A DNA stretch of 64,000 bases from Eledone cirrhosa (lineage: Eukaryota): the NCBI GenBank assembly GCA_964016885.1, contig OZ024740.1, positions 425,630,001 to 425,694,000 of the forward strand, read 5' to 3'. Made by a program: the position numbers and the translations under genes. Each line of letters opens with the position of its first letter. Position 1 is the first letter of the stretch. The notes beneath the pieces were generated by a model. The model searched no databases. It was given only the letters and a program-made list of their open reading frames with translations, and was not told the DNA's origin. Positions 1 to 15,000 of this stretch are shown here, in pieces.

Positions 1-3000
1 CAATATATGTTGGTAAGTTACCTAGACTTGTGTCCTTCCCTCCATCATTCCTAATATATGTTGGTGAGGTACCTAGTCTTGTGTCCTTCCCTCCACCATC
101 CCAATATATGTTGGTGAGGTACCTAGTCTTGTGTCCTCCCCCCCATCATTCCCAATATATGTTGGTAAGTTACCTAGACTTGTGTCCTTCCCTCCATCAT
201 TCCCAATATATGTTGGTGAGGTACCTAGTATTGTGTCCTTCCCTCCACCATCCCAATATATGTTGGTAAGTTACCTAGTCTTGTGTCCTTCCCTCTACCA
301 TTCCTAATATATGTTGGTAAGGTACCTAGCCTTGTGTCCTTACCTCCACCATTCCCAATATATGTTGGTAAGTTACCTAGTCTTGTGTCCTTCCCACCAC
401 CATTCCCAATATATGTTGGTAAGTTACCTAGTCTTGTGTCCTTCCATCCACCATTCCCAATATATGTTGGTAAGTTACCTAGTCTTGTGTCCTTCCTCCA
501 CCATTCCCAATATATGTTGGTAAGGTACCTAGTCTTCTGTCCTTCCCTCCACCATTCCCAATATATGTTGGTAAGTTACCTAGTCTTGTGTCCTTCCCTC
601 AATCATTCCCAATATATGTTGGTAAGGTACCTAGTCTTGTGTACTTCCCTCCATCATTCCCAATATATGTTGGTGAGGTACCTAGTCTTGTGTCCTTCCC
701 TCCACCATTCCCAATATATGTTGGTAAGGTACCTAGTCTTCTGTCCTTCGCTCCACCTTTCCCAATATATGTTGGTAAGTTACCTAGTCTTGTGTCCTTC
801 CAAACACCATTCCCAATATATGTTGGTGAGGTACCTAGTCTTGTGTCCTTCCATCCATCATTCCCAATATATGTTGGTAAGGTAACTAGTCTTCTGTCCT
901 TCGCTCCACCTTTCCCAATATATGTTGGTAAGGTACCTAGTCTTGTGTCCTTCCCTCCACCATTCCCAATAAATGTTGGTGAGGTACCTAGTCTTGTGTC
1001 CTTCCCTCCACCATTCCCAATATATGTTGGTGAGGTACCTAGTCATGTGTCCTTCCCTCCACCATTCCCAATATATGTTGGTAAGGTACCTAGTCTTCAG
1101 TCCTTCGCTCCACCATTCCCAATATATGTTGGTAAGGTACCTAGTCTTGTGTACTTCCCTCCATCATTCCCAATATATGTTGATGAGGTACCTAGTCCTT
1201 CCCTCCACCATTCCCAATATATGTTGGTGAGGTACCTAGTCTTGTGTCCTTCCCTCCACCATTCCCAATATATGTTGGTGAGGTACCTAGTCTTGTGACC
1301 TTCCCTCCACCATTCCCAATATATGTTGGTGAGGTACCTAGTCATGTGTCCTTCCCTCAACCATTCCCAATATAAGTTAGTGTTGTACCTTGACTTGTGT
1401 CCTTCCCTCCACCATTCCCAATATATGTTGGTGAGGTACCTAGTCTTGTGTCCTTCCCTCAACCATTCCCAATATAAGTTAGTGTTGTACCTTGTCTTGT
1501 GTCCTTCCCTCCACCATTCCCAATATATGTTGGTATGGTACCTAGTCTTGTGTCCTTCCCTACAACATTCCCAATATATGTTGGTGAGGTACCTAGTCTT
1601 GTGTCCTTCCCTCAACCATTCCCAATATAAGTTAGTGTTGTACCTTGTCTTGTGTCCTTCCCTCCACCATTCCCAATATATGTTGGTATGGTACCTAGAC
1701 TTGTGTCCTTCCCTCCAACATTCCCAATATATGTTGGTGAGGTACCTAGTCTTGTGTCCTGCCCTCAACCATTCCGAATATAAGTTAGTGTTGTACCTTG
1801 TCTTGTGTCCTTCCCTCCACCATTCGCAATATATGTTGGTATGGTACCTAGTCTTGTGTCCTTCCCTCCAACATTCCCAATATATGTTGCTAATGTACCT
1901 AGTCTTGTGTCCTTCCCTCAACCATTCCCAATATATGTTAGTGAGGTATCTAGTCTTGTGTCCTTCCCTCCACCATTCCCAATATATGTTGGTGAGGCAC
2001 CTAGTCTTGTGTCCTTCCCTCCACCATTCCCTAATATATGTTGGTAAGGTACCTAGTCCTGTGTCCTTCCTCCACCATTCCCAATATATGTTGGTGAGGT
2101 AACTCGTCCTTCCCTCCACCATTCCCAATATATGTTGGTGAGGTACCTAGTCCTTCCCTCCTCATTCCCAATATATGTTGGTTAGGTACCTAGTCTTGTC
2201 CTTCCCTCCACCATTCCCAATATATGTTGGTGTGGTACCTAGTCTTGTGTCCTTCCCTCCACCATTCCCAATATATGTTGGTAAGATACCTAGTCTTGTG
2301 TCCTTCCCTCCACCATTCCCAATATATGTTGGTAAGGTACCTAGTCTTGTGTCATTCCTCCACCATTCCCAATATATGTTGGTGAGGTACCTAGTATTGT
2401 GTCCTTCCCTCCACTATTCCCAATATATGTTGATAAGGTACCTAGTCTTGTGTCCTTCCCTCCACCATTCCCAATATATGTTGGTGAGGTACCTAGTATT
2501 CTGTCCTTGCCTCCACCATTCCCAATATATGTTGGTAAGTTATCTAGTCTTGTGTCCTTCCCTCCATCATTCCCATTATGTGTTTGTCAGGTACCTAGTC
2601 TTGTGTCCGTTCCTCCACCATTCCCAATATATGTTGGTGAGGTACCTAGTCTTGTGTCCTTCCCTCCACCATTCCCAATATATGTTGGTAAGTTACCTAG
2701 TCTTGTGTCCTTCCCTCCACCATTCCCAATATATGTTGGTAAGTTACCTAGTCTTGTGTACATCCCTCCACCATTCCCGATATATGTTGGTGAGGTACCT
2801 AGTCTTGTGTCCGTTCCTCCACCATTCCCAATATATGTTGGTAAGGTACCTAGTCTTGTGTCCTTGCCTCCACCATTCCCAATATATGTTGGTAAGTTAC
2901 CTAGTCTTGTGTCCTTCCCTCCACCATTAACAATATATGTTGGTAAGGTACCTAGTCTTGTGTCTTTCCGTTCACCATTCCCAATATATGTTGGTAAGTT

Positions 3001-6000
3001 ATCTAGTCTTGTGTCCTTCCCTCCACCATTCCCAATATATGTTGGTGAGGTACTTAGTCTTGTGTCCTTCCCTCCGCCATCCCCAATATATGTTGGTGAG
3101 GTACATAGTCTTTCCCTCCACCATTCCCAGTATATGTTGGTGAGGTACCTTGTCCTGTCCTTCCCTCCACCATTCCCAATATATGTTGGTGAGGAACCTA
3201 GTCTTGTGTCCGTCCCTCAACCATTCCCAATATATGTTAGTGAGGTAACTAGTCCTTCCCTCCTCATTCCCAATATATGTTGGTGAGGTACCTAGTCTTG
3301 TCCTTCCCTCCACCATTCCCAATATATGTTGGTGAGGTACCTAGTCTTGTGTCCTTCCCTCCACCATTCCCAATATATGTTGGTAAGATATCTAGTCTTG
3401 TGTCCGTCCCTCAACCATTCCCAATATATGTTAGTGAGGTAACTAGTCCTTCCCTCCTCATTCCCAATATATGTTGGTGAGGTACCTAGTATTATGTCCT
3501 TGCCTCCACCATTCCCAATATATGTTGATAAGGTACTTAGTCTTGAGTCCGTCCCTCAACCATTCCCAATATATTTTGGTGAGGTACCTAGTCCTTCCCT
3601 CCTCATTCCCAATATATGTTGGTAAGGTATCTAGTATTGTGTCCTTCACTCCACCATTACCAATATATGTTGGTGAGGTACCTAGTCTTGTGTCCACCCC
3701 TCCACCGTTCACAATATATGTTGGTGAGGTACCTAGTCTTGTGTCCGTCCCTCCACCATTTCCAATATATGTTGGTAAGTTACCTAGTCTTGTGTCCTTC
3801 CCTCCACCATTAACAATATATGTTGGTAAGGTACCTAGTCTTGTGACCTTCCCTCCACATTTCCCAATATATATTTTGGTGAGGTACTTAGTCTTGTGTC
3901 CTTCCCTCCACCATCCCCAATATATGTTGGTGAGGTACATAGTCTTTCCCTCCACCATTCCCAGTATATGTTGGTGAGGTACCTTGTCCTGTCCTTCCCT
4001 CCACCATTCCCAATATGTGTTGGTGAGGTACCTAGTCTTGTGTCCGTCCCTCCACCATTCCCAATATATGTTGGTGAGGTACCTAGTCTGTGTCCTTCCC
4101 TCATTCATTCCCAATATATGTTGGTAAGGTACCTAGTCTTGTGACCTTCCCTCTACCATTCCTAATATATGTTGGTGAGGTACCTAGTCTTGTGTCCTTC
4201 CCTCATTCATTCCCAATATATGTTGGTAAGTTACCTAGTCTTGTGTCCTTCCCTCCACCATTCCCAATATATGTTGGTGAGGTACCTTGTCTTGTGTCCT
4301 TACTCCACCATTCCCATTACATGTTGGTGAGGTACCTAGTATTGTGTCTTTCCCTTCACCATTCCCAATATATGTTGGTAAGTTACCTAGTCTTGTGTCC
4401 TTCCCTCCACCATTCCCAATATATGTTGGTGAGGTACCTTGTCTTGTGTCCTTCCCTCCACCATTCCAAATATATGTTGGTGAGGTACCTAGTCTTGTGT
4501 CCTTCCCTCTACCATTCCCAATATATGTTGGTAAGTTACCTAGTCTTGTGTCCTTCCCTCCACATTTCCCAATATATGTTGGTAAGGTACCTACTCTTGT
4601 GTCCTTCCCTCCACCATTCCCAATATATGTTGGTTAGGTACCTAGTCTTGTGTCCTTCCCTCCACCATTCCAAATATATGTTGGTGATGTACCTAGTCTT
4701 GTGTCCTTCCCTCCACCATTCCCAATATATGTTGGTGAGGTACCTAGTCTTGTGTCCTTCCCTCCACCATTCCCAATATATGTTGGTGATGTACCTAGCC
4801 TTGTGTGCTTCCCTGCACCATTCCCAATATATGGTGGTGATGTACCTAGTCATGAGTCCTTCCCTCAACCATTCCCAATATAAGTTAGTGTTGTACCTTG
4901 TCTTGTGTCCTTCCCTCCACCATTCCCAATATATGTTGGTGAGGTTCCTAGTCATGTGTCCTTCCCTCAACCATTCCCAATATAAGTTAGTGTTGTACCT
5001 TGTCTTGTGTCCTTCCCTCCACCATTCCCAATATATGTTGGTGAGGTACCTAGTCTTGTGTCCTTCCCTCAACCATTCCCAATATAAGTTAGTGTTGTAC
5101 CTTGTCTTGTGTCCTTCCCTCCACCATTCCCAATATATGTTGGTATGGTACCTAGTCTTGTGTCCTTCCCTCCAACATTCCCAATATATGTTGGTGAGGT
5201 ACCTAGACTTGTGTCCTGCCCTCAACCATTCCCAATATAAGTTAGTGTTGTACCTAGTCTTGTGTCCTTCCCTCCAACATTCCCAATATATGTTGGTGAG
5301 GTACCTAGTCTTGTGTCCTGCCCTCAACCATTCCGAATATAAGTTAGTGTTGTACCTTGTCTTGTGTCCTTCCCTCCACCATTCGCAATATATGATGGTA
5401 TGGTACCTAGTCTTGTGTCCTTCCCTCCAACATTCCCAATATATGTTGCTAATGTACCTAGTCTTGTGTCCTTCCCTCAACCATTCCCAATATATGTTAG
5501 TGAGGTATCTAGTCTTGTGTCCTTCCCTCCACCATTCCCAATATATGTTGGTGAGGCACCTAGTCTTGTGTCCTTCCCTCCACCATTCCCTAATATATGT
5601 TGGTAAGGTACCTAGTCCTGTGTCCTTCCTCCACCATTCCCAATATATGTTGGTGAGGTAACTCGTCCTTCCCTCCACCATTCCCAATATATGTTGGTGA
5701 GGTACCTAGTCCTTCCCTCCTCATTCCCAATATATCTTGGTGAGGTACCTAGTCTTGTCCTTCCCTCCACCATTCCCAATATATGTTGGTGTGGTACCTA
5801 GTCTTGTGTCCTTCCCTCCACCATTCCCAATATATGTTGGTAAGATACCTAGTCTTGTGTCCTTCCCTCCACCATTCCCAATATATGTTGGTAAGGTACC
5901 TAGTCTTGTGTCCTTCCTCCACCATTCCCAATATATGTTGGTGAGGTACCTAGTATTGTGTCCTTCCCTCCACTATCCCCAATATATGTTGATAAGGTAC

Positions 6001-9000
6001 CTAGTCTTGTGTCCTTCCCTCCACCATTCCCAATATATGTTGGTGAGGTACCTAGTATTCTGTCCTTGCCTCCACCATTCCCAATATATGTTGGTAAGTT
6101 ATCTAGTCTTGTGTCCTTCCCTCCATCATTCCCATTATGTGTTTGTGAGGTACCTAGTCTTGTGTCCGTTCCTCCACCATTCCCAATATATGTTGGTGAG
6201 GTACCTAGTCTTGTGTCCTTCCCTCCACCATTCCCAATATATGTTGGTAAGTTACCTAGTCTTGTGTCCTTCCCTCCACCATTCCCAATATATGTTGGTA
6301 AGTTACCTAGTCTTGTGTACATCCCTCCACCATTCCCGATATATGTTGGTGAGGTACCTAGTCTTGTGTCCGTTCCTCCACCATTCCCAATATATGTTGG
6401 TAAGGTACCTAGTCTTGTGTCCTTCCCTCCACCATTCCCAATATATGTTGGTAAGTTACCTAGTCTTGTGTCCTTCCCTCCACCATTAACAATATATGTT
6501 GGTAAGGTACCTAGTCTTGTGTCTTTCCGTTCACCATTCCCAATATATGTTGGTAAGTTATCTAGTCTTGTGTCCTTCCCACCACCATTCCCAATATATG
6601 TTGGTGAGGTACTTAGTCTTGTGTCCGTCCCTCCGCCATCCCCAATATATGTTGGTGAGGTACATAGTCTTTCCCTCCACCATTCCCAGTATATGTTGGT
6701 GAGGTACCTTCTCCTGTCCTTCCCTCCACCATTCCCAATATATGTTGGTGAGGAACCTAGTCTTGTGTCCGTCCCTCAACCATTCCCAATATATGTTAGT
6801 GAGGTAACTAGTCCTTCCCTCCTCATTCCCAATATATGTTGGTGAGGTACCTAGTCTTGTCCTTCCCTCCACCATTCCCAATATATGTTGGTGAGGTACC
6901 TAGTCTTGTGTCCTTCCCTCCACCATTCCCAATATATGTTGGTAAGATATCTAGTCTTGTGTCCTTCCCTCCACCATTCCCAATATATGTTGGTAAGGTA
7001 CCTAGTATTATGTCCTTGCCTCCACCATTCCCAATATATGTTGATAAGGTACTTAGTCTTGTGTCCGTCCCTCAACCATTCCCAATATATGTTGGTGAGG
7101 TACCTAGTCCTTCCCTCCTCATTCCCAATATATGTTGGTAAGGTATCTAGTATTGTGTCCTTCACTCCACCATTACCAATATATGTTGGTGAGGTACCTA
7201 GTCTTGTGTCCACCCCTCCACCGTTCACAATATATGTTGGTGAGGTACCTAGTCTTGTGTCCGTCCCTCCACCATTTCCAATATATGTTGGTAAGTTAAC
7301 TAGTCTTGTGTCCTTCCCTCCACCATTAACAATATATGTTGGTAAGGTACCTAGTCTTGTGACCTTCCCTCCACATTTCCCAATATATATTTTGGTGAGG
7401 TACTTAGTCTTGTGTCCTTCCCTCCACCATCCCCAATATATGTTGGTGAGGTACATAGTCTTTCCCTCCACCATTCCCAGTATATGTTGGTGAGGTACCT
7501 TGTCCTGTCCTTCCCTCCACCATTCCCAATATGTGTTGGTAAGGTACCTAGTCTTGTGACCTTCCCTCTACCATTCCTAATATATGTTGGTGAGGTACCT
7601 AGTCTTGTGTCCTTCCCTCATTCATTCCCAATATATGTTGGTAAGTTACCTAGTCTTGTGTCCTTCCCTCCACCATTCCCAATATATGTTGGTGAGGTAC
7701 CTTGTCTTGTGTCCTTACTCCACCATTCCCATTACATGTTGGTGAGGTACCTAGTATTGTGTCTTTCCCTTCACCATTCCCAATATATGTTGGTAAGTTA
7801 CCTAGTCTTGTGTCCTTCCCTCCACCATTCCCAATATATGTTGGTGAGGTACCTAGTCTTGTGTCCTTCCCTCCACCATTCCAAATATATGTTGGTGAGG
7901 TACCTAGTCTTGTGTCCTTCCCTCTACCATTCCCAATATATGTTGGTAAGTTACCTAGTCTTGCGTCCTTCCCTCCACATTTCCCAATATATGTTGGTAA
8001 GGTACCTACTCTTGTGTCCTTCCCTCCACCATTCCCAATATATGTTGGTTAGGTACCTAGTCTTGTGTCCTTCCCTCCACCATTCCAAATATATGTTGGT
8101 GATGTACCTAGTCTTGTGTCCTTCCCTCCACCATTCCCAATATATGTTGGTGAGGTACCTAGTCTTGTGTCCTTCCCCCCACCATTCCCAATATATGGTG
8201 GTGATGTACCTAGTCTTGTGTCCTTCCCTCCACCATTCCCAATATATGTTGGTAAGGAACTTAGTCCTGTGTCCTTCCTCCACCATTCCCAATATATGTT
8301 GGTGAGGTACCTAGTATTGTGACCTTCCCTCCACCATTCCCAATATATATTTTGGTGAGGTACCTAGTCTTGTGTCCTTCCCTCCACCATTCCAAATATA
8401 TGTTGGTGAGGTACATAGTCTTTCCCTCCACCATTCCCAATATATGTTGGTAAGTTACCTAGTCTTGTGTCCTTCCCTCCACCATCCCCAATATATGTTG
8501 GTGAGGTACATAGTCTTTCCCTCCACCATTCCCAATATATGTTGGTAAGTTACCTAGTCTTGTGTCCTTCTCTCCACCATATACAATATATGTTGGTAAG
8601 GTACCTAGTCTTGTGACCTTCCCTCCACCATTCCCAATATATATTTTGGTGAGGTACCTAGTCTTGTGTCCTTCCCTCCACCATCCCCAATATATGTTGG
8701 TGAGGTACATAGTCTTTCCCTCCAACATTCCCAATATATGTTGGTAAGGTACCTAGTCTTGTGTTCTTCCCTCCACCATTCCCAATATATGTTGGTGAGG
8801 TACCTGGTCTTGTGTCCTTCCCTCCACCATTCCCAATATATGTTGGTGAGGTACCTAGTCTTGTGTCCTTCGCCCCACCATTCCCAATATATGTTGGTAA
8901 GTTTCCTAGTCTTGTGTCCTTCCCTCCACCATTCCCAATATATGTTGGTGAGGTACCTAGTCTTGTGTCCTTCCCTCCACCATTCACAATATATGTTGGT

Positions 9001-12000
9001 GAGGTACCTAGTCATGTGTCATTCCCTCCACCATTCCCAATATATGTTGGTAAGGTACCTAGTCTTCTGTCCTTCGCTCCACCATTTCCAATATATGTTG
9101 GTAAGGTACCTAGTATTGTGTCCTTCCCTCCACCATTCCCAATATATGTTGGTGAGGTACCTAGTCCTTCCCCCCACCATTCCCAATATATGTTGGTAAG
9201 GAACTTAGTCCTGTGTCCTTCCTCCACCATTCCCAATATATGTTGGTGAGGTACCTAGTATTGTGTCTTTCCCTTCACCATTCCCATTAGGTGTTTGTGA
9301 GGTACTTAGTCTTGTGTCCGTCCCTCCACCATTCCCAATATATGTTGGTGAGGTACCTAGTCATGTGTCCTTCCCTCCACCATTCCCAATATATGTTGGT
9401 AAGGTACCTAGTCTTGTGTCCTTCCCTCCACCATTAACAATATATGTTGGTAAGGTACCTAGTCTTGTGACCTTCCCTCCACCATTCCCAATATATATTT
9501 TGGTGAGGTACCTAGTCTTGTGTCCTTCCCTCCACCATTCCAAATATATGTTGGTGAGGTACATAGTCTTTCCCTCCACCATTCCCAATATATGTTGGTA
9601 AGTTACCTAGTCTTGTGTCCTTCCCCCCACCATTATCAATATATGTTGGTAAGGTACCTAGTATTGTGACCTTCCCTCCACCATACCCAATATATATTTT
9701 GGTGAGGTACTTAGTCTTGTGTCCTTCCCTCCACCATCCCCAATATATGTTGGTGAGGTACATAGTCCTTCCCTCCACCATTCCCAATATATGTTGGTAA
9801 GTTACCTAGTCTTGTGTCCTTCTCTCCACCATATACAATAAATGTTGGTAAGGTACCTAGTCTTGTGACCTTCCCTCCACCATTCCCAATATATGTTGGT
9901 AAGGTACCTAGTATTCTGTCCTTCCCTCCACCTTTCCCAATATATGTTGGTAAGTTACCTAGTCTTGTGCCCTTCCCCCCACCATTCCCAATATATGTTG
10001 GTGAGGTACCTAGTTTTGTGTCCTTCCCTCCACCATTCACAATATATGTTGGTGAGGTACCTAGTCATGTGTCCTTCCCTCCACCATTCCCAATATATGT
10101 TGGTAAGGTACCTAGTCTTCTGTCCTTCGCTCCACCATTTCCAATATATGTTGGTAAGGTACCTAGTATTATGTCCTTCCCTCCACCATTCCCAATATAT
10201 GTTGGTGAGGTACCAAGTCCTTCCCTCCACCATTCCCAATATATGTTGGTGAGGTACCTAGTCATGTGTCCTTCCCTCCACCATTCCCAATATATGTTGG
10301 TAAGGTACCTAGTCTTCTGTCCTTCGCTCCACCATTCCCAATATATGTTGGTAAGGTACCTAGTCTTGTGTACTTCCCTCCATCATTCCCAATATATGTT
10401 GATGAGGTACCTAGTCCTTACCTCCACCATTCCCAATATATGTTGGTGAGGTACCTAGTCATGTGTCCTTCCCTCAACCATTCCCAATATAAGTTAGTGT
10501 TGTACCTTGTCTTGTGTCCTTCCCTCCACCATTCCCAATATATGTTGGTATGGTACCTAGTCTTGTGTCCTTCCCTCCAACATTCCCAATATATGTTGGT
10601 ATGGTATCTAGTCTTGTGTCCTTCCCTCCACCATTCCCAATATATGTTGGTGAGGCACCTAGTCTTGTGTCCTTCCCTCCACCATTCCCAACATGTGTTG
10701 GTAAGGTACCTAGTTTTGTGTCCTTCCCTCCACCATTCCCAATATATGTTGGTAAGGTACCTAGTCTTGTGTCCTTCCCTCCACCATTCCCAATATATGT
10801 TGGTGAGGTACCTAGTCTTGTGTCCTTCTCTCCACCATTCCCAATATATGTTGGTGAGGTACCTAGTCTTGTGTCCTTCCCTCCACCATTCCCAATATGT
10901 GTTGGTAAGGTACCTAGTCTTGTGTCTTTCTCTCCACCATTACCAATATATGTTGGTAAGGTACCTAGTCTTGTGTCCTTCCCTCCACCATTCCCAATAT
11001 ATGTTGGTGAGGTACCTAGTCTTGTGTCCTTCCCCCCACCATTCCCAATATATGTTGTTGAGGTACCTAGTCTTGTGTCCTTCCCTCCACCATTCCCAAT
11101 ATGTGTTGGTAAGGTACCTAGTCTTGTGTCCTTCCCCCCCCATTCCCAATATATGTTGGTGATGTACCTAGCCTTGAGTGCTTCCCTGCACCATTCCCAA
11201 TATATGGTGGTGATGTACCTAGTCTTGTGTCCTTCCCTCCACCATTCCCAATATATGTTGGTGAGGTACCTAGTCTTGTGTCCTTCCCTCCACCGTTCCC
11301 AATATATGTTGGTAAGGTACCTAGTATTCTGTCCTTCCCTCCACCTTTCCCAATATATGTTGGTAAGTTACCTAGTCTTGTGCCCTTCCCCCCACCATTC
11401 CCAATATATGTTGGTGAGGTACCTAGTCTTGTGTCCTTCCCTCCACCATTCACAATATATGTTGGTGAGGTACCTAGTCATGTGTCCTTCCCTCCACCAT
11501 TCCCAATATATGTTGGTAAGGTACCTAGTCTTCTGTCCTTCGCTCCACCATTTCCAATATATGTTGGTAAGGTACCTAGTATTATGTCCTTCCCTCCACC
11601 ATTCCCAATATATGTTGGTGAGGTACCAAGTCCTTCCCTCCACCATTCCCAATATATGTTGGTGAGGTACCTAGTCATGTGTCCTTCCCTCCACCATTCC
11701 CAATATATGTTGGTAAGGTACCTAGTCTTCTGTCCTTCCCTCCACCATTCCCAATATATGGTGGTGATGTACCTAGTCTTGTGTCCTTCCCCCCACCATT
11801 CCCAATATATGGTGGTGATGTACCTAGTCTTGTGTCCTTCCCTCCACCATTCACAATATATGTTGGTAAGGAACTTAGTCCTGTGTCCTTCCTCCACCAT
11901 TCCCAATATATGTTGGTGAGGTACCTAGTATTGTGTCTTTCCCTTCACCATTCCCATTAGGTGTTTGTGAGGTACTTAGTCTTGTGTCCGTCCCTCCACC

Positions 12001-15000
12001 ATTCCCAATATATGTTGGTAAGTTACCTAGTCTTGTGTCCTTCCCTCCACCATTCCCAATATATGTTGGTGAGGTACCTAGTCTTGTGTCCTTCCCTCCA
12101 CCATTCCCAATATATGTTGGTAAGGTACCTAGTATTCTGTCCTTCCCTCCACCATTCCCAATATATGTTGGTAAGTTACCTAGTCTTGTGTCCTTCCACC
12201 CACCATTCCCAATATATGTTGGTAAGTTTCCTACTCTTGTGTCCTTCCCTCCACCATTCACAATATATGTTGGTGAGGTACCTAGTCATGTGTCCTTCCC
12301 TCCACCATTCCCAATATATGTTGGTAAGGTACCTAGTCTTCTGTCCTTCGCTCCACCATTCCCAATATATGTTGGTAAGGTACCTAGTCTTGTGTCCTTC
12401 CCTCCACCATTCCCAATATATGTTGGTGAGGTACCTAGTCCTTCCCTCCACCATTCCCAATATATGTTGGTGAGGTACCTAGTCATGTGTCCTTCCCTCC
12501 ACCATTCCCAATATATGTTGGTAAGGTACCTAGTCTTCTGTCCTTCGCTCCACCATTCCCAATATATGTTGGTAAGGTACCTAGTCTTGTGTACTTCCCT
12601 CCATCATTCCCAATATATGTTGATGAGGTACCTAGTCCTTCCCTCCACCATTCCCAATATATGTTGGTGAGGTACCTAGTCATGTGTCCTTCCCTCAACC
12701 ATTCCCAATATAAGTTAGTGTTGTACCTTGTCTTGTGTCCTTCCCTCCACCATTCCCAATATATGTTGGTATGGTACCTAGTCTTGTGTCCTTCCCTCCA
12801 ATATTCCCAATATATGTTGGTATGGTATCTAGTCTTGTGTCCTTCCCGCCAACATTCCCAATCTATGTTGGTGAGGAACTTAGTCTTGTGTCCTTCCCCC
12901 CACCATTACCAATATATGTTGGTGAGGTATCTAGTCTTGTGTCCTTCCCTCCACCATTCCCAATATATGTTGGTGAGGCACCTAGTCTTGTGTCCTTCCC
13001 TCCACGATTCCCAATATGTGTTGGTAAGTTACCTAGTCTTGTGTCCTTCCCTCCACCATTCCCAATATATGTTGGTGAGGTACCTAGTCTTGTGTCCTTC
13101 CCTCCACCATTCCCAATATGTGTTGGTAAGTTACCTAGTCTTGTGTCCTTCTCTCCACCATTACCAATATATGTTGGTGAGGTACCTAGTCTTGTGTCCT
13201 TCCCTCCACCATTCCCAATATATGTTGGTGAGGTACCTAGTCTTGTGTCCTTCTCTCCACCATTCCCAATATATGTTGGTAAGGTACCTAGTCTTGTGTC
13301 CTTCTCTCCACCATTCCCAATATATGTTGGTAAGGTACCTAGTCTTGTGTCCTTCTCTCCACCATTCCCAATATATGTTGGTAAGGTACCTAGTCTTGTG
13401 TCCTTCCCTCCACCATTCCCAATATATGTTGGTGAGGTACCTAGTCTTGTGTCCTTCCCCCCACCATTCCCAATATATGTTGGTGAGGTACCTAGTCTTG
13501 TGTCCTTCCCTCCACCATTCCCAATATGTGTTGGTAAGGTACCTAGTCTTGTGTTCTTCGCCCCACCATTCCCAATATATGTTGGTGAGGTACCTAGTCT
13601 TGTGTCCTTCCCTCCACCATTCCCAATATATGTTGATAAGGTACCTAGTCCTGTGTCCTTCCTCCACCATTCCCAATATATGTTGGTGAGGTACCTAGTC
13701 CTTCCCTCCACCATTCCCAATATATGTTGGTGAGGTACCTAGTCTTGTGTCCGTCCCTCAACCATTCCCAATATATGTTGGTGAGGTACCTAGTCTTGTC
13801 CTTTCCTCCACCATTCCCAATATATGTTGGTAAGGTACCTAGTCTTGTGTCCTTCCCTCCACCATTCCCAATATATGTTGGTAAGGTACCTAGTATTCTG
13901 TCCTTCCCTCCACCATTCCCAATATATGTTGGTAAGTTACCTAGTCTTGTGTCCTTCCCTCCACCATTCCCAATATATGTTGGTAAGGTACCTAGTATTC
14001 TGTCCTTGCCTCCACCATTCCCAATATATGTTGGTGAGGTACCTAGTCTTGTGTCCTTCCCTCCACATTTCCCAATATATGTTGGTGAGGTACTTAGTCT
14101 TGTGTCCTTCCCTCCACCATCCCCAATATATGTTGGTGAGGTACATAGTCTTTCCCTCCACCATTCCCAGTATATGTTGGTGAGGTACCTAGTCCTGTCC
14201 TTCCCTCCACCATTCCCAATATGTGTTGGTGAGGTACCTAGTCTTGTGTCCGTCCCTCCACCATTCCCAATATATGTTGGTGAGGTACCTAGTCTGTGTC
14301 CTTCCCTCATTCATTCCCAATATATGTTGGTGAGGTACCTAGTATTGTGTCTTTCCCTTCACCATTCCCATTAGGTGTTTGTGAGGTACTTAGTCTTGTG
14401 TCCGTCCCTCCACCATTCCCAATATATGTTGGTGAGGTACCTAGTCATGTGTCCTTCCCTCCACCATTCCCAATATATGTTGGTAAGGTACCTAGTCTTG
14501 TGTCCTTCCCTCCACCATTAACAATATATGTTGGTAAGGTACCTAGTCTTGTGACCTTCCCTCCACCATTCCCAATATATATTTTGGTGAGGTACCTAGT
14601 CTTGTGTCCTTCCCTCCACCATTCCAAATATATGTTGGTGAGGTACATAGTCTTTCCCTCCACCATTCCCAATATATGTTGGTAAGTTACCAAAGTCTTG
14701 TGTCCTTCCCCCCACCATTATCAATATATGTTGGTAAGGTACCTAGTATTGTGACCTTCCCTCCACCATTCCCAATATATATTTTGGTGAGGTACTTAGT
14801 CTTGTGTCCTTCCCTCCGCCATCCCCAATATATGTTGGTGAGGTACATAGTCCTTCCCTCCACCATTCCCAATATATGTTGGTAAGTTACCTAGTCTTGT
14901 GTCCTTCTCTCCACCATATACAATAAATGTTGGTAAGGTACCTAGTCTTGTGACCTTCCCTCCACCATTCCCAATATATGTTGGTTAGGTACCTAATCTT